From a virus (lineage: Duplodnaviria; Caudoviricetes): a stretch of 45,926 nt of DNA. The notes under the pieces are model-generated. The model did no database searches, was not told the DNA's origin, and worked only from the letters and a program-made list of their open reading frames with translations. Where the stretch lies: positions 1 to 45,926 of the IMG/VR virus record IMGVR_UViG_3300042347_000757. One strand, 5' to 3'. The stretch's first letter is position 1. The number at the start of each line of letters is the position of its first letter. Shown here in pieces: positions 6,877 to 15,669 of this stretch. The position numbers and the translations under genes are program-made.

Positions 6877-7463
6877 CACCTTTTGATGTATATAAAACTT
6901 ACCTAGCTTTTAAGAATCATTTTACCAAAAAAGATTACGATTATTTTAAGTATTGTGGAAAGTCTAGAGCATCTTTGGACTCTTTTCACAAGAGAAAGGA
7001 TAGATATTTCTTTGAACGAACTTCTAGGCAAAAGAATGATGAAGAAATCAAAGCATATTTTGTGGCAAACTTTGTAGAATGTAATGACCCACAATCTTTA
7101 TGGATTGGTGAGATCATCCAAAATGGCGAAGAAATTTATATGAATTGGTTAAAGAAATCTCAAAGTCTTTTTTACTTATTTAAAACAGAATCCGAAGTCT
7201 TTATAAACAAAGATAGTTTTGAAAAATTATTTGAAATAAAAAATAATCAACATCCAGAAATTCTCAAAAAATATTTTCAAAAAGCAATTAGTTTAGAGAC
7301 AATGGTAATTTTAAATATGATATTGGATTATGTGAAACAGTTTGATAAAAAACTCACAGATCCAGTGTGGGAAACCGTCAGTTTGAGAATTCAAAAGTAT
7401 CAACCTTTTCTAAATATTGATGTAGCAAAGTATAAAGAAGTTCTTAAGGAGATTGTTTTATGA
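6873..7463 (+). CDS. gp59: Helicase loader gp59
   Basis: FDVYKTYLAFKNHF...YDYFKY.GK...F.KRKDRYFFE. Confidence 0.9.
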   Translation: MTPFDVYKTYLAFKNHFTKKDYDYFKYCGKSRASLDSFHKRKDRYFFERTSRQKNDEEIKAYFVANFVECNDPQSLWIGEIIQNGEEIYMNWLKKSQSLFYLFKTESEVFINKDSFEKLFEIKNNQHPEILKKYFQKAISLETMVILNMILDYVKQFDKKLTDPVWETVSLRIQKYQPFLNIDVAKYKEVLKEIVL

Positions 7464-7792
7464 GTGGATTTTTTGATTCGGAAGTGGTTAGAGAATCAAT
7501 GTCCGAACTTGATGAACTTCAAGAACAACTTTTTGTTGATATGCTTCGTCTTCCTATTTTAAATGTTGAAGAAAAAAAAGATCATCTTAAAATGATGACG
7601 GATTTCTTGGAAAAGCAAAAATTGTTTATCTTTAGACTTTCATTGTCTGATGATCCAAAAGCAATTGAAATGAAAGAAAAAGTTCTTGAATCTGCTAAAA
7701 TGCTTGGACTTAAAAAAGGACAAACAATCAATGATTTTTACGATATGATGCAAAAAACCATTGATTCTCTCAAAAAAACACTTGACGACTGA
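7460..7792 (+). CDS. Cyanophage conserved protein (DUF1825-like)
   Basis: FFDSEVV...LEKQKLF..RLSLSDDP.A..MK; located between gp59 and gp32. Confidence 0.75.
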   Translation: MSGFFDSEVVRESMSELDELQEQLFVDMLRLPILNVEEKKDHLKMMTDFLEKQKLFIFRLSLSDDPKAIEMKEKVLESAKMLGLKKGQTINDFYDMMQKTIDSLKKTLDD

Positions 7793-7810
7793 CCTCATAC
7801 CTGCTACAAT
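7782..7810 (+). promoter_or_regulatory. Sigma70-type promoter of gene 32
   Basis: TTGACG-17 nt-TACAAT with extended TG. Confidence 0.75.
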
Positions 7811-7811
7811 T

Positions 7812-7852
7812 AATACGAAGAATACTTCAAATACTACTAATACGGAGAATAC
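7812..7852 (+). repeat. Five AATAC units at exact 9-nt spacing in the gene 32 leader
   Basis: AATAC at 7812, 7821, 7830, 7839 and 7848. Confidence 0.85.
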
Positions 7853-7854
7853 GA

Positions 7855-8748
7855 ATGAGCTTCCAAGATCTTAAAAAGCAATCCAAGATGGGTTCTTTGA
7901 CCGAAAAACTCATCAAACAAGTTGAGAAACTTAACGATAGTGGTTCCAAAGATGATGATCGTTTTTGGAAACCATCAATGGATAAAGGTGGTACAGGTTC
8001 TGCCATTATCCGTTTTCTTCCTGCCCCTGCTGGATGTGATCTTCCCTGGGCACAAGTTTGGTCTCATGCATTTCAAGGACCTGGTGGTTGGTTGATTGAT
8101 AACTGCCTGACTACTAATAAAGGTCAATGTCCTGTCTGTGAAGCAAACCGAGAACTGTGGAATACTGGTAGTAAGGATAATCAAAATATTGTTCGTGATC
8201 GTAAACGCAAACTATCTTATTACTCAAACATCTATGTTTTAAAGGATCCAGCAAATCCTCAAAATGAAGGACGAGTATTCCTCTATAAGTTTGGTAAGAA
8301 AGTTTACGATAAAATTCTGGCTTCTATGCAACCAGAATTTGATGATGAAAAACCTGTAAATCCTTTTGATTTCTGGGAAGGTGCTAACTTCAAACTGAAA
8401 CTGGTGAAAAAAGATGGTTATTGGAACTATGATAAGTCTGAGTTTGCATCACCTTCTGCTCTTCTTAATGACGATGATGAACTGGAAAAGATCTACAAAT
8501 CTCTTTATGATTTGAGTGAGTTTACCGATGAGAAAAACTTCAAATCATATGAAGATTTGAAAAAACGTCTGGATCAAGTTCTTGGCAACAAAGGGACCAC
8601 TCGTCGTCAAGATCCTGAAGTTGCCGATGAAGAGGAAGAGTTTGAACCAGTTCAGGAAAAGGTTTCAGTTCATGCTTCTACTAGTTTCAGTAATGATGAT
8701 GATGAGGATGATGCGATGTCCTACTTCCAGAAGTTGGCAGAGTCCTGA
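7855..8748 (+). CDS. gp32: Single-stranded DNA-binding protein gp32
   Basis: DDRFWKP, IRFLPAP, HAFQGPGGW..NCLTT..CPVC, KFGKK, NYDKSEF, acidic C-terminus. Confidence 0.96.
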   Translation: MSFQDLKKQSKMGSLTEKLIKQVEKLNDSGSKDDDRFWKPSMDKGGTGSAIIRFLPAPAGCDLPWAQVWSHAFQGPGGWLIDNCLTTNKGQCPVCEANRELWNTGSKDNQNIVRDRKRKLSYYSNIYVLKDPANPQNEGRVFLYKFGKKVYDKILASMQPEFDDEKPVNPFDFWEGANFKLKLVKKDGYWNYDKSEFASPSALLNDDDELEKIYKSLYDLSEFTDEKNFKSYEDLKKRLDQVLGNKGTTRRQDPEVADEEEEFEPVQEKVSVHASTSFSNDDDEDDAMSYFQKLAES

Positions 8749-8775
8749 TTTCAAAATTGACTTTTAAATCCATTT

Positions 8776-8806
8776 TACCCCCGAAAAAAATCGGGGGTAT
8801 TTTTTT
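8776..8806 (+). terminator. Rho-independent terminator between convergent gp32 and gp53
   Basis: TACCCCCGA-A6-TCGGGGGTA followed by a T-run. Confidence 0.85.
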
Positions 8807-8819
8807 GCCAAAAAGGTTT

Positions 8820-9479
8820 TTATACCCCAGTAAATTGTGGATTGTAAGTTTTCTTGTTTAGTTGATTGATGTATTGAGATGATTGATCATATTTCATAAT
8901 ATTTCTCATATCTGTAATTACTACTGATAGGAATTGTGGTTTTAATACTCTAATTTGTCTTTTTCTTTCATTGATACCTACTTCATATTCATAGTTTGTA
9001 ATTGCTTTTACGGGATTTGCAGTGATTGCTATATTATCAAAGGTTGTATATGAAACAGTAAAATCTTCATCTACCTCAAATCCAGAGTCAATCACAAGAC
9101 GATCATACTGGTCTTTGATTTCTGTAGTTTCATAATGATGGACATCTGATAATGCTGCATCAGATCCATACTTATCAATCATATAGTTATATAAGTCATT
9201 ATTGTTCAATGGCCATTGATCTCTTACGTTTGTAATGTTATTCGTGATCAAAATAACCCAATCAAGTTCTGGATCACCATAAAGTTTTGATGCAACTACT
9301 TCTGGTCTTTGGTCATCAGTAATTTGATAATAATCAAAGGCAGTAATAGCATTAATGACATCAGATCTTATCTTTGCTCTTTTGAAAAGATTTTTGACGG
9401 TAATATAATCTTCATTTGTGCTTGCATTAGGTAAACGAGAAAGATAAGAAATATTTGGAAATTCGTTAAAATATGCCAT
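8820..9479 (-). CDS. gp53: Baseplate wedge subunit gp53
   Basis: MAYFNEFPNISY, RPEVVASKLYGDPELDWVIL..N, WPL, VHHYET, NERKR.I.VLKP. Confidence 0.9.
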   Translation of the reverse strand: MAYFNEFPNISYLSRLPNASTNEDYITVKNLFKRAKIRSDVINAITAFDYYQITDDQRPEVVASKLYGDPELDWVILITNNITNVRDQWPLNNNDLYNYMIDKYGSDAALSDVHHYETTEIKDQYDRLVIDSGFEVDEDFTVSYTTFDNIAITANPVKAITNYEYEVGINERKRQIRVLKPQFLSVVITDMRNIMKYDQSSQYINQLNKKTYNPQFTGV

Positions 9480-9480
9480 T

Positions 9481-10968
9481 TTAGTATCCTACATCGTTTG
9501 GTGAGATTGGATAAAGATCACCAGAATTATCAATATTATCTACAAATTTTCTTTCATCAAAAATAGAACTTTGGTAATCAGTATCATAAATCGGTTCAAG
9601 TTCTTTGAATGACATATTCATAATCACAGATACTGGTTGTCCGTCATCATATGCTGCCCAAGTTCCATCAGCAGTATAATTCATAGAAAAACCAACTAAT
9701 GCACAAGTTTTAATTCTATTTACACCTTGAATTGGATTTCCATTAGAAGTTTTGTATTGCAGTTGAAATACATTTGGTGTTCCCAAGAAATATGATGATG
9801 CTCCTGCTGTTCCGTATTCTTGATTTCCTGATCTTTTATCTTGTTTTTTTGCTGCCATTCCTTGTTTAAAGAATCTTATAATTTTATTAATATCTGTTGC
9901 TTCTTCTTTACTTCTTGGACTCATTCTATATTGAAATGTGAATTCTCTTAATGTTGGTGAATTGAATAGAAGTTCAAGATTGCTATTTGGAACAACTCCA
10001 AATCCTCTTGCTAAAATACTTTCTGGAGATACTGAAAATCCTGCCATTGAAAGAACTTTAGATGCACCAGCAGTTTTTAATAGTGCTTGTGCTGCTTGCG
10101 AATCTGCACCTCCATTAGATAATAATTTATATAATAATGCTCCTTGAGCACCTAATGCTGCTCCTTGTTGTGCATTTCCTGCAATTAATCCTACTAATGC
10201 ACCAACACCACTAGCACCTAAATAAGTGCCAAGATTACCAACAATTTCAGCAGTAGCAGCAGCAGAAAGATTATTCATATTATCATCGCCCCAAGAAACA
10301 TTATTAGAATCACTTACACTATTTGGCATAGGTAATTTGACAATTCCTAAAAATTTTGCTAATGCAGAAGTTTTTTGCAGTCCAGTTTTTAATATTTTTA
10401 CTGCTCCATCAGTTCTGCCAAATAATTCGTCTGATTTTGGTGGTCGGTAATGATATTGTCCTATTTGTAAGTAATCTTGTGTTTTGTTATATAAAGCATC
10501 TTTTGGATATTGTAAATCTGTTTTTTTTAAATTTTCATCTACAGATCCAAATTGAAAATCAGATTTCAAATCTGCTATATTTAAATTGAATGGATCACCA
10601 CCACCTGTTGCTGGAGCTGATGGTAATGGAGGCCCTGCTTGTTGTGATGCTTGTGCCCAAGAAGGTAGAATATTATTTGCTGCATTTCCACCAATGTTTT
10701 TGTGCGCTGTCCTTACCTCAATTTGTATTTCAATTTTGTAATTGTCTCTGATGATATTTGCTGGAATTATTTTTAATCCTTCTGGGGTCCAATCGCCATT
10801 TTGAAATAAAATAACTCCTGGATTTCCAAAAAGTCCAGCACCTTGATTTACCAATTCAACGTTTCCATTTTTTGGATCATATCTCAAATCATATACAGCA
10901 CCATATTGCCCTTCATTGTCATTTACAAGGTCTGTGTGGAAATTTGACTTTAAAAGTAATGATGACAT
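9481..10968 (-). CDS. gp48: Baseplate tail-tube cap gp48
   Basis: LPMPNSVSD, NLELLFNSPTLREFTF..RMSPRS..EA..I..IIRFFK, FKELEPIY. Confidence 0.88.
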   Translation of the reverse strand: MSSLLLKSNFHTDLVNDNEGQYGAVYDLRYDPKNGNVELVNQGAGLFGNPGVILFQNGDWTPEGLKIIPANIIRDNYKIEIQIEVRTAHKNIGGNAANNILPSWAQASQQAGPPLPSAPATGGGDPFNLNIADLKSDFQFGSVDENLKKTDLQYPKDALYNKTQDYLQIGQYHYRPPKSDELFGRTDGAVKILKTGLQKTSALAKFLGIVKLPMPNSVSDSNNVSWGDDNMNNLSAAATAEIVGNLGTYLGASGVGALVGLIAGNAQQGAALGAQGALLYKLLSNGGADSQAAQALLKTAGASKVLSMAGFSVSPESILARGFGVVPNSNLELLFNSPTLREFTFQYRMSPRSKEEATDINKIIRFFKQGMAAKKQDKRSGNQEYGTAGASSYFLGTPNVFQLQYKTSNGNPIQGVNRIKTCALVGFSMNYTADGTWAAYDDGQPVSVIMNMSFKELEPIYDTDYQSSIFDERKFVDNIDNSGDLYPISPNDVGY

Positions 10969-11484
10969 TTATGGTGAAGATAAGTTGTCTGAATAATCCC
11001 AAACTTTTGATTTGAATATTGGTTGTCCTCTTCTATCTACAAATTTTTCAGTAGGAAGTAAAGAAACTTCTCTCCACTCCTTTTCTGGAACTACAAATAA
11101 ATCAGACATCACACCAGAGAAAAGATATTTATGTAAAGTTTTCTTTGGAGCATTTACAAATCCAAATTTATTTATGTAAGAATTTGCAACTCCACCACGA
11201 TACTGGGGATTTAGATAATGAAGATTTGACCCAAAAAACCACCCTTCTCTTTTATTGATTTCTATAATATAAGATAGAGGTTGCTTATCCCAAAATTGAT
11301 ATTTTTGTGGATACTTTGCATTATATAAAAAGAAAACTAAATTACCAGGTCTAATAAATCCAGTATCTTTTTCACTTATGTCTGGATCTTGAACATTCAT
11401 AAGTTCATTCATTAAAGAATTAGTCCACCAATCAGTACTTCTATATTTTTTCCCAGCTTCTCTGATTATTTTTTCGGCAATCAT
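10969..11484 (-). CDS. gp2: DNA end protector gp2-like
   Basis: F.YNAK....WDKQPL, GSNLHYL, HKYL, EW..VSLLPTEKF; adjacent to gp4. Confidence 0.8.
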   Translation of the reverse strand: MIAEKIIREAGKKYRSTDWWTNSLMNELMNVQDPDISEKDTGFIRPGNLVFFLYNAKYPQKYQFWDKQPLSYIIEINKREGWFFGSNLHYLNPQYRGGVANSYINKFGFVNAPKKTLHKYLFSGVMSDLFVVPEKEWREVSLLPTEKFVDRRGQPIFKSKVWDYSDNLSSP

Positions 11485-11945
11485 CTTTGTATTCCTAATT
11501 CTTTTTCGGTAAAAATGCGAAATTCATAATTATGATCTGCACACCATTCTTTTGCAGCATTCCATTTTGCTTGATTGATTGACCACGTTTTTACAGAATA
11601 TGCCCAAGATTTTGTTCTTCTTTTGGGATTTGTGTCTGGCATTAATAAATCTTTCGCTGGTTTGATTTCTACTACTAATGTTCGTGTGTTTCCATCTTTA
11701 TCTTTATACTTTACAAAAAAGTCAGGAAAGTATCTATGAACTTTATTATCTATTGGTGAGCGATATGGAATCCAAAATTCTTCACTTTTCCAAGTATTAA
11801 CACTTTCAGTCAAATCACAATATTGCATAAATTTTAGTTCATAAGAAGATCTATAAACTATATTAGTTGGATCACCACCATACTTTTTTGGATTTTGAGG
11901 GCGAAATTTTCCTTGCCGATATTTGGAATCGTCTGAATGCGGCAT
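11481..11945 (-). CDS. gp4: Head completion nuclease gp4
   Basis: GKFRPQNPKKY.GDPTNIVYRSSYE, HRYFPDF, EIKP, NQAKW.AA. Confidence 0.93.
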   Translation of the reverse strand: MPHSDDSKYRQGKFRPQNPKKYGGDPTNIVYRSSYELKFMQYCDLTESVNTWKSEEFWIPYRSPIDNKVHRYFPDFFVKYKDKDGNTRTLVVEIKPAKDLLMPDTNPKRRTKSWAYSVKTWSINQAKWNAAKEWCADHNYEFRIFTEKELGIQR

Positions 11946-11969
11946 ACATAGTATAGAATCTTATACTCA

Positions 11970-11976
11970 TATTTAG
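11970..11976 (-). promoter_or_regulatory. Late promoter (CTAAATA) for the gp4-gp53 operon
   Basis: TATTTAG on the plus strand, 24 nt upstream of the gp4 ATG. Confidence 0.5.
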
Positions 11977-12888
11977 ATGTCTAGAGCAAATACATATAGA
12001 GTGGATCCTCTTTATGTAAAGATGACTACCCCGAGAGATATGGGTGGATCATCTTTGCCTTCAGTTCAACAAATGTTTGGCAATTTGTCTCTTACGAGTC
12101 AATTTAAAGTCAATATGTTTTTGGGTGCAGCAACTGATGCCAAAGGTGGAGATCAAGATTTGGTATCATATTTGAAAGATTGTGGAATAACTAATGAGCA
12201 ATCAAAAACATTTACTTATGATTTTATGTGTGCGGAAGCAGTTCTTCCTGGAGCAACTTTTGACGTTGGGGAAGAAAGTGGAAGTCGTCAGGGCATAATT
12301 GAAAGATTTCCAAATCGTAGAATATATTCTGATTTTAATTTAACTTTTTATGTGGATAATGAATATAATATCATTCGTTTGTTTGAAGAATGGATGAATT
12401 TTATCAATCCAATTAACAGAAGTTCTGGACCACAAACTGCACAGGATAGTGGTCAAGTTGGATTTGAAGATCGTTTTAATTATTTTAGATTTAAATATCC
12501 AAATAAATATAAAAAAATAATTTCAATCACTAAATTTGAAAGAGACTTTTTGTTAAATCCAAATAATCCATATAGTCCTACAAATAATCAAAATCTTTTA
12601 ACTTATCAATTTATTGATGCATTTCCAACTAATATTACTGCTCTTCCATTGTCGTATGAGGGAAGTACAATAACTAAAACTACAATTAATTTTAGTTATA
12701 CTAGATATACTACAATAAAACATGCTGGAGTTGAAATAAGTCCAAATACACCAAGACCAAAAGATCCAGCAAATCCAGATCAACCCAATTCCACAACTAC
12801 TTCTAAACAATATTATGGACCTGCTTTTGGTAATAATGAGGAGGCAAACAGACAGGCAGCAATACTTAGAGGAGAAAACGTCCAATAA
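11977..12888 (+). CDS. Tail tube initiator, gp54/gp19-like baseplate protein
   Basis: CAEAVLPG, R.Y.DFNLTFYVD, FEEWMNFI, YQFIDAFP.NI, T.NFSY tube-fold motifs; divergent from gp4. Confidence 0.75.
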   Translation: MSRANTYRVDPLYVKMTTPRDMGGSSLPSVQQMFGNLSLTSQFKVNMFLGAATDAKGGDQDLVSYLKDCGITNEQSKTFTYDFMCAEAVLPGATFDVGEESGSRQGIIERFPNRRIYSDFNLTFYVDNEYNIIRLFEEWMNFINPINRSSGPQTAQDSGQVGFEDRFNYFRFKYPNKYKKIISITKFERDFLLNPNNPYSPTNNQNLLTYQFIDAFPTNITALPLSYEGSTITKTTINFSYTRYTTIKHAGVEISPNTPRPKDPANPDQPNSTTTSKQYYGPAFGNNEEANRQAAILRGENVQ

Positions 12889-12891
12889 ATA
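12885..12891 (+). promoter_or_regulatory. Late promoter (ATAAATA) upstream of gp26
   Basis: ATAAATA 27 nt before the gp26 ATG. Confidence 0.55.
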
Positions 12892-12918
12892 ATTATAACT
12901 GAATTACTATAGGTCATT

Positions 12919-13644
12919 ATGCCTTTACCAAAAATTGCTACACCAACATATGAGTTGGAATTGCCATCAACTGGAAAAACAATCAAATATCGTCCATTTT
13001 TAGTCAAAGAAGAAAAGATTTTAATTCTTGCACTGGAAAGTGAAGATGTTAAACAAATCACTAGTGCAATCAAAAATACTTTAAAGGATTGTATTCTCAC
13101 AAGAGGAATTAAAGTAGAAGAACTTCCTACTTTTGATATTGAATATATCTTTTTGAATGTTCGTGCAAAGTCAGTTGGAGAATCAATTGAATTAATTGTG
13201 ACTTGTAGTGATGATGGAGAAACAGAAGTTCCAGTCAAAGTTTATATTGATGAAATTGAAGTTCAAAAAGATCCAAATCACACACAAGAAATTAAATTGG
13301 ATGCCAATTTAATTCTTAAAATGAAGTATCCATCTTTGAATGAATTTATTAAGAATAATTTTGATTTTAGTAGCAATGAAATTTCTTCTATTGATAAGTC
13401 ATTTGATGTAATTTCTTCTTGTATTGATGTGGTTTATAATAATGAAGACGTTTGGTCAGCATCAGATTGCACTAAAAAAGAATTGACCGATTGGATTGAG
13501 ACATTGACATCAAATCAATTTAAAATGATTGAAGAATTTTTCAACACAATGCCAAAACTTGCACATACTTTTAAAGTAATGAATCCAAATACAAAAGTAG
13601 AAAGCGAGGTGACACTGGAGGGGTTAACAAGTTTTTTCGGTTAA
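12919..13644 (+). CDS. gp26: Baseplate hub assembly protein gp26
   Basis: MPLPKIATPTYELELPSTG..IKYRPFLVKEEKIL, FDIEYIFLNVRAKSVGE, FF.TMPKL, LEGLTSFF. Confidence 0.92.
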   Translation: MPLPKIATPTYELELPSTGKTIKYRPFLVKEEKILILALESEDVKQITSAIKNTLKDCILTRGIKVEELPTFDIEYIFLNVRAKSVGESIELIVTCSDDGETEVPVKVYIDEIEVQKDPNHTQEIKLDANLILKMKYPSLNEFIKNNFDFSSNEISSIDKSFDVISSCIDVVYNNEDVWSASDCTKKELTDWIETLTSNQFKMIEEFFNTMPKLAHTFKVMNPNTKVESEVTLEGLTSFFG

Positions 13645-13646
13645 TT

Positions 13647-13823
13647 ATGGCTCATATGGATCTTGAGTCATATTTTAGAATTAATTTTTCACTAATACAG
13701 TTCCATAAATATTCTTTGACCGAGATTGAAAATCTTATGCCCTGGGAACGGGACGTTTATTTGGCACTTTTACAGCAGCACATTGAAGAAGAAAATCTAA
13801 AGGCACAACAACAGAATGCTTAA
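13647..13823 (+). CDS. gp51: Baseplate hub assembly catalyst gp51, 58 aa (not in ORF track; possibly made as a gp26 frameshift fusion)
   Basis: MAHMDLESYFRINFSLIQFHKYSLTEIENLMPWERDVYLALL; the HKYSLTEIE..MPWER..Y motif. Confidence 0.88.
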   Translation: MAHMDLESYFRINFSLIQFHKYSLTEIENLMPWERDVYLALLQQHIEEENLKAQQQNA

Positions 13824-15669
13824 AAATTCTCCGGGATTGTCATCATATAGAGGATATGGAACTCCATCTTTTGGGTCAATTCCTAGTGGGACTTTCTATC
13901 GTGGGAAGAGACCATCTGATTATTCCGCAAGAATGTTAAAGGAAAAGGGAGATCCTTTAGCAGAATTTAGTGGAATAAATCCAAAAAAAATAGTAGGTTC
14001 CCAGAAAGGAAGTAAAGAATCAGCACTGAATTTTATTTCGGGTGGATCTCCTATTGGGTCATCTGTGCTTTCTGGTGCAAAGAATAATATTGTTGGATTT
14101 GATAGAGCAAAGATTTCACCAAAAAAGAATAATTTGGGATCTTTGATTGGCACTTTAACTACTAATATTTTTAATAATACAAATTCAGTTTCAAATATTT
14201 TTGGAGATAAAAAAGAAAAATCAGAAAAAGGATTTAAACCATTTGGTGGATTTTTTGATAAAGTAAAAGAAGCAATTGGATTTATTAGTTTCTTTGGTTC
14301 AAAAAAGAATTTAGATAAAATTAAAGAAAATATAGAAAATTTAAAAACTACATTTACAGAAACATTTGATGTAGCAAAGGCATTAAGAAAAGCAATACTT
14401 AAAATTATAGAACAACTATCAGGGTTTTCTGGTGGTAGAGGTGGTGGAGGAATAATTGGTGCTATAATGTCAGCACTTGGTGGATTGGTTGGTGGATTGG
14501 TTGGTGGATTAATTCCTGGAATGGGAGGAAAACGACCACCAAATGTTGCTGGTCCTGCAATGAAACAGGAAGGAAATTTATTATCAAAATTACCAAAAGG
14601 TGGTGGAATAGGTAAATTGCTTTTAGGTGGTGCTGCTGCTGTTGGTGCAGGTTCTGTCGTAAGTGGTCTTTCTCAACCTGGCGGTGAAGAGGTTCAACCT
14701 GGAGATACTGCACCAGAAGTTCCTGGAAATCTTTTAGATAAATTTAATTCCATTTTAGATAGATTTGATAAAGCTCTTGATGGTTTAAGAGGAGGAAAGG
14801 GCAAAAAAGGTTCGGATTCTGGTACAAAACCTTCTGGTTCTGGCGGCGGTGGAGGTAGTCCTACTCCTACTCCTCTTTCTCCTTCTGGTGCTCCTACTGG
14901 GGTAACGATAAAAGACGATGCACAGGCATTGAAAGAATTGGGACTTACTCAAGAACAGTATAATGCATTAAAACAGGGTGTGGCAGACGTTGAGGGGGCA
15001 AGATATAATCAAATGGGAGGTGCAGGTACAAGATTTGCTGGAAGATATCAAATGGGGTCTAATGAGATTGCAGATTCCGCAAAAGTAATGGGGATTCCTG
15101 TGCCATCGCAACAGGAATATTTAAATAATCCAGAATTGCAGGAAAAAATTTATATGGGAAGGACAGTATATATGCATAGGAGGTTACAATCACTATCTCC
15201 AAAATATAATACTATGTCCCCTAGAGAGAGGGCAGTGGCTCTTGGTATGGGGCAACTTGGAGAAGGAAACGTTTCTTCCTATATTAATACAGGAACTCTC
15301 CCTAGAGATAGTGCGGGCGCTCCAATAACAAAATGGGGAACTGCAGTAGGAAAAAGATTTGATGAAGCATCATCTATCCCCTCTAAACCTCAACCAGGAC
15401 AACAAGCACCATCAGCACCAGTATTACCATCACCACAACAGTTAAGAAGAGCACCAGCGGCAAAAGCGTCTGGAGCAGAAGCACCACAAGTGAGTTTAGT
15501 TAATGTTGGTAGTGGAACACCACAAGCATCACCATCACGACCATCAAGCACAACTACACCACCATCACCAACTGGTGGAAATGGACCAACTGCTCCATTT
15601 TTGCCTTCATACAATCCAGATAATTTCTTAACATTATATTCAAGAATGGTTTATAATATTGTCGGATAA
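13816..15669 (+). CDS. Tail/tape-measure-like virion protein with lysozyme-like domain
   Basis: Helical and Gly-rich N-half; ADVE...AGRYQM...LNNPELQE lysozyme-like segment; Pro-rich linker; follows gp26/gp51. Confidence 0.65.
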   Translation: MLKNSPGLSSYRGYGTPSFGSIPSGTFYRGKRPSDYSARMLKEKGDPLAEFSGINPKKIVGSQKGSKESALNFISGGSPIGSSVLSGAKNNIVGFDRAKISPKKNNLGSLIGTLTTNIFNNTNSVSNIFGDKKEKSEKGFKPFGGFFDKVKEAIGFISFFGSKKNLDKIKENIENLKTTFTETFDVAKALRKAILKIIEQLSGFSGGRGGGGIIGAIMSALGGLVGGLVGGLIPGMGGKRPPNVAGPAMKQEGNLLSKLPKGGGIGKLLLGGAAAVGAGSVVSGLSQPGGEEVQPGDTAPEVPGNLLDKFNSILDRFDKALDGLRGGKGKKGSDSGTKPSGSGGGGGSPTPTPLSPSGAPTGVTIKDDAQALKELGLTQEQYNALKQGVADVEGARYNQMGGAGTRFAGRYQMGSNEIADSAKVMGIPVPSQQEYLNNPELQEKIYMGRTVYMHRRLQSLSPKYNTMSPRERAVALGMGQLGEGNVSSYINTGTLPRDSAGAPITKWGTAVGKRFDEASSIPSKPQPGQQAPSAPVLPSPQQLRRAPAAKASGAEAPQVSLVNVGSGTPQASPSRPSSTTTPPSPTGGNGPTAPFLPSYNPDNFLTLYSRMVYNIVG

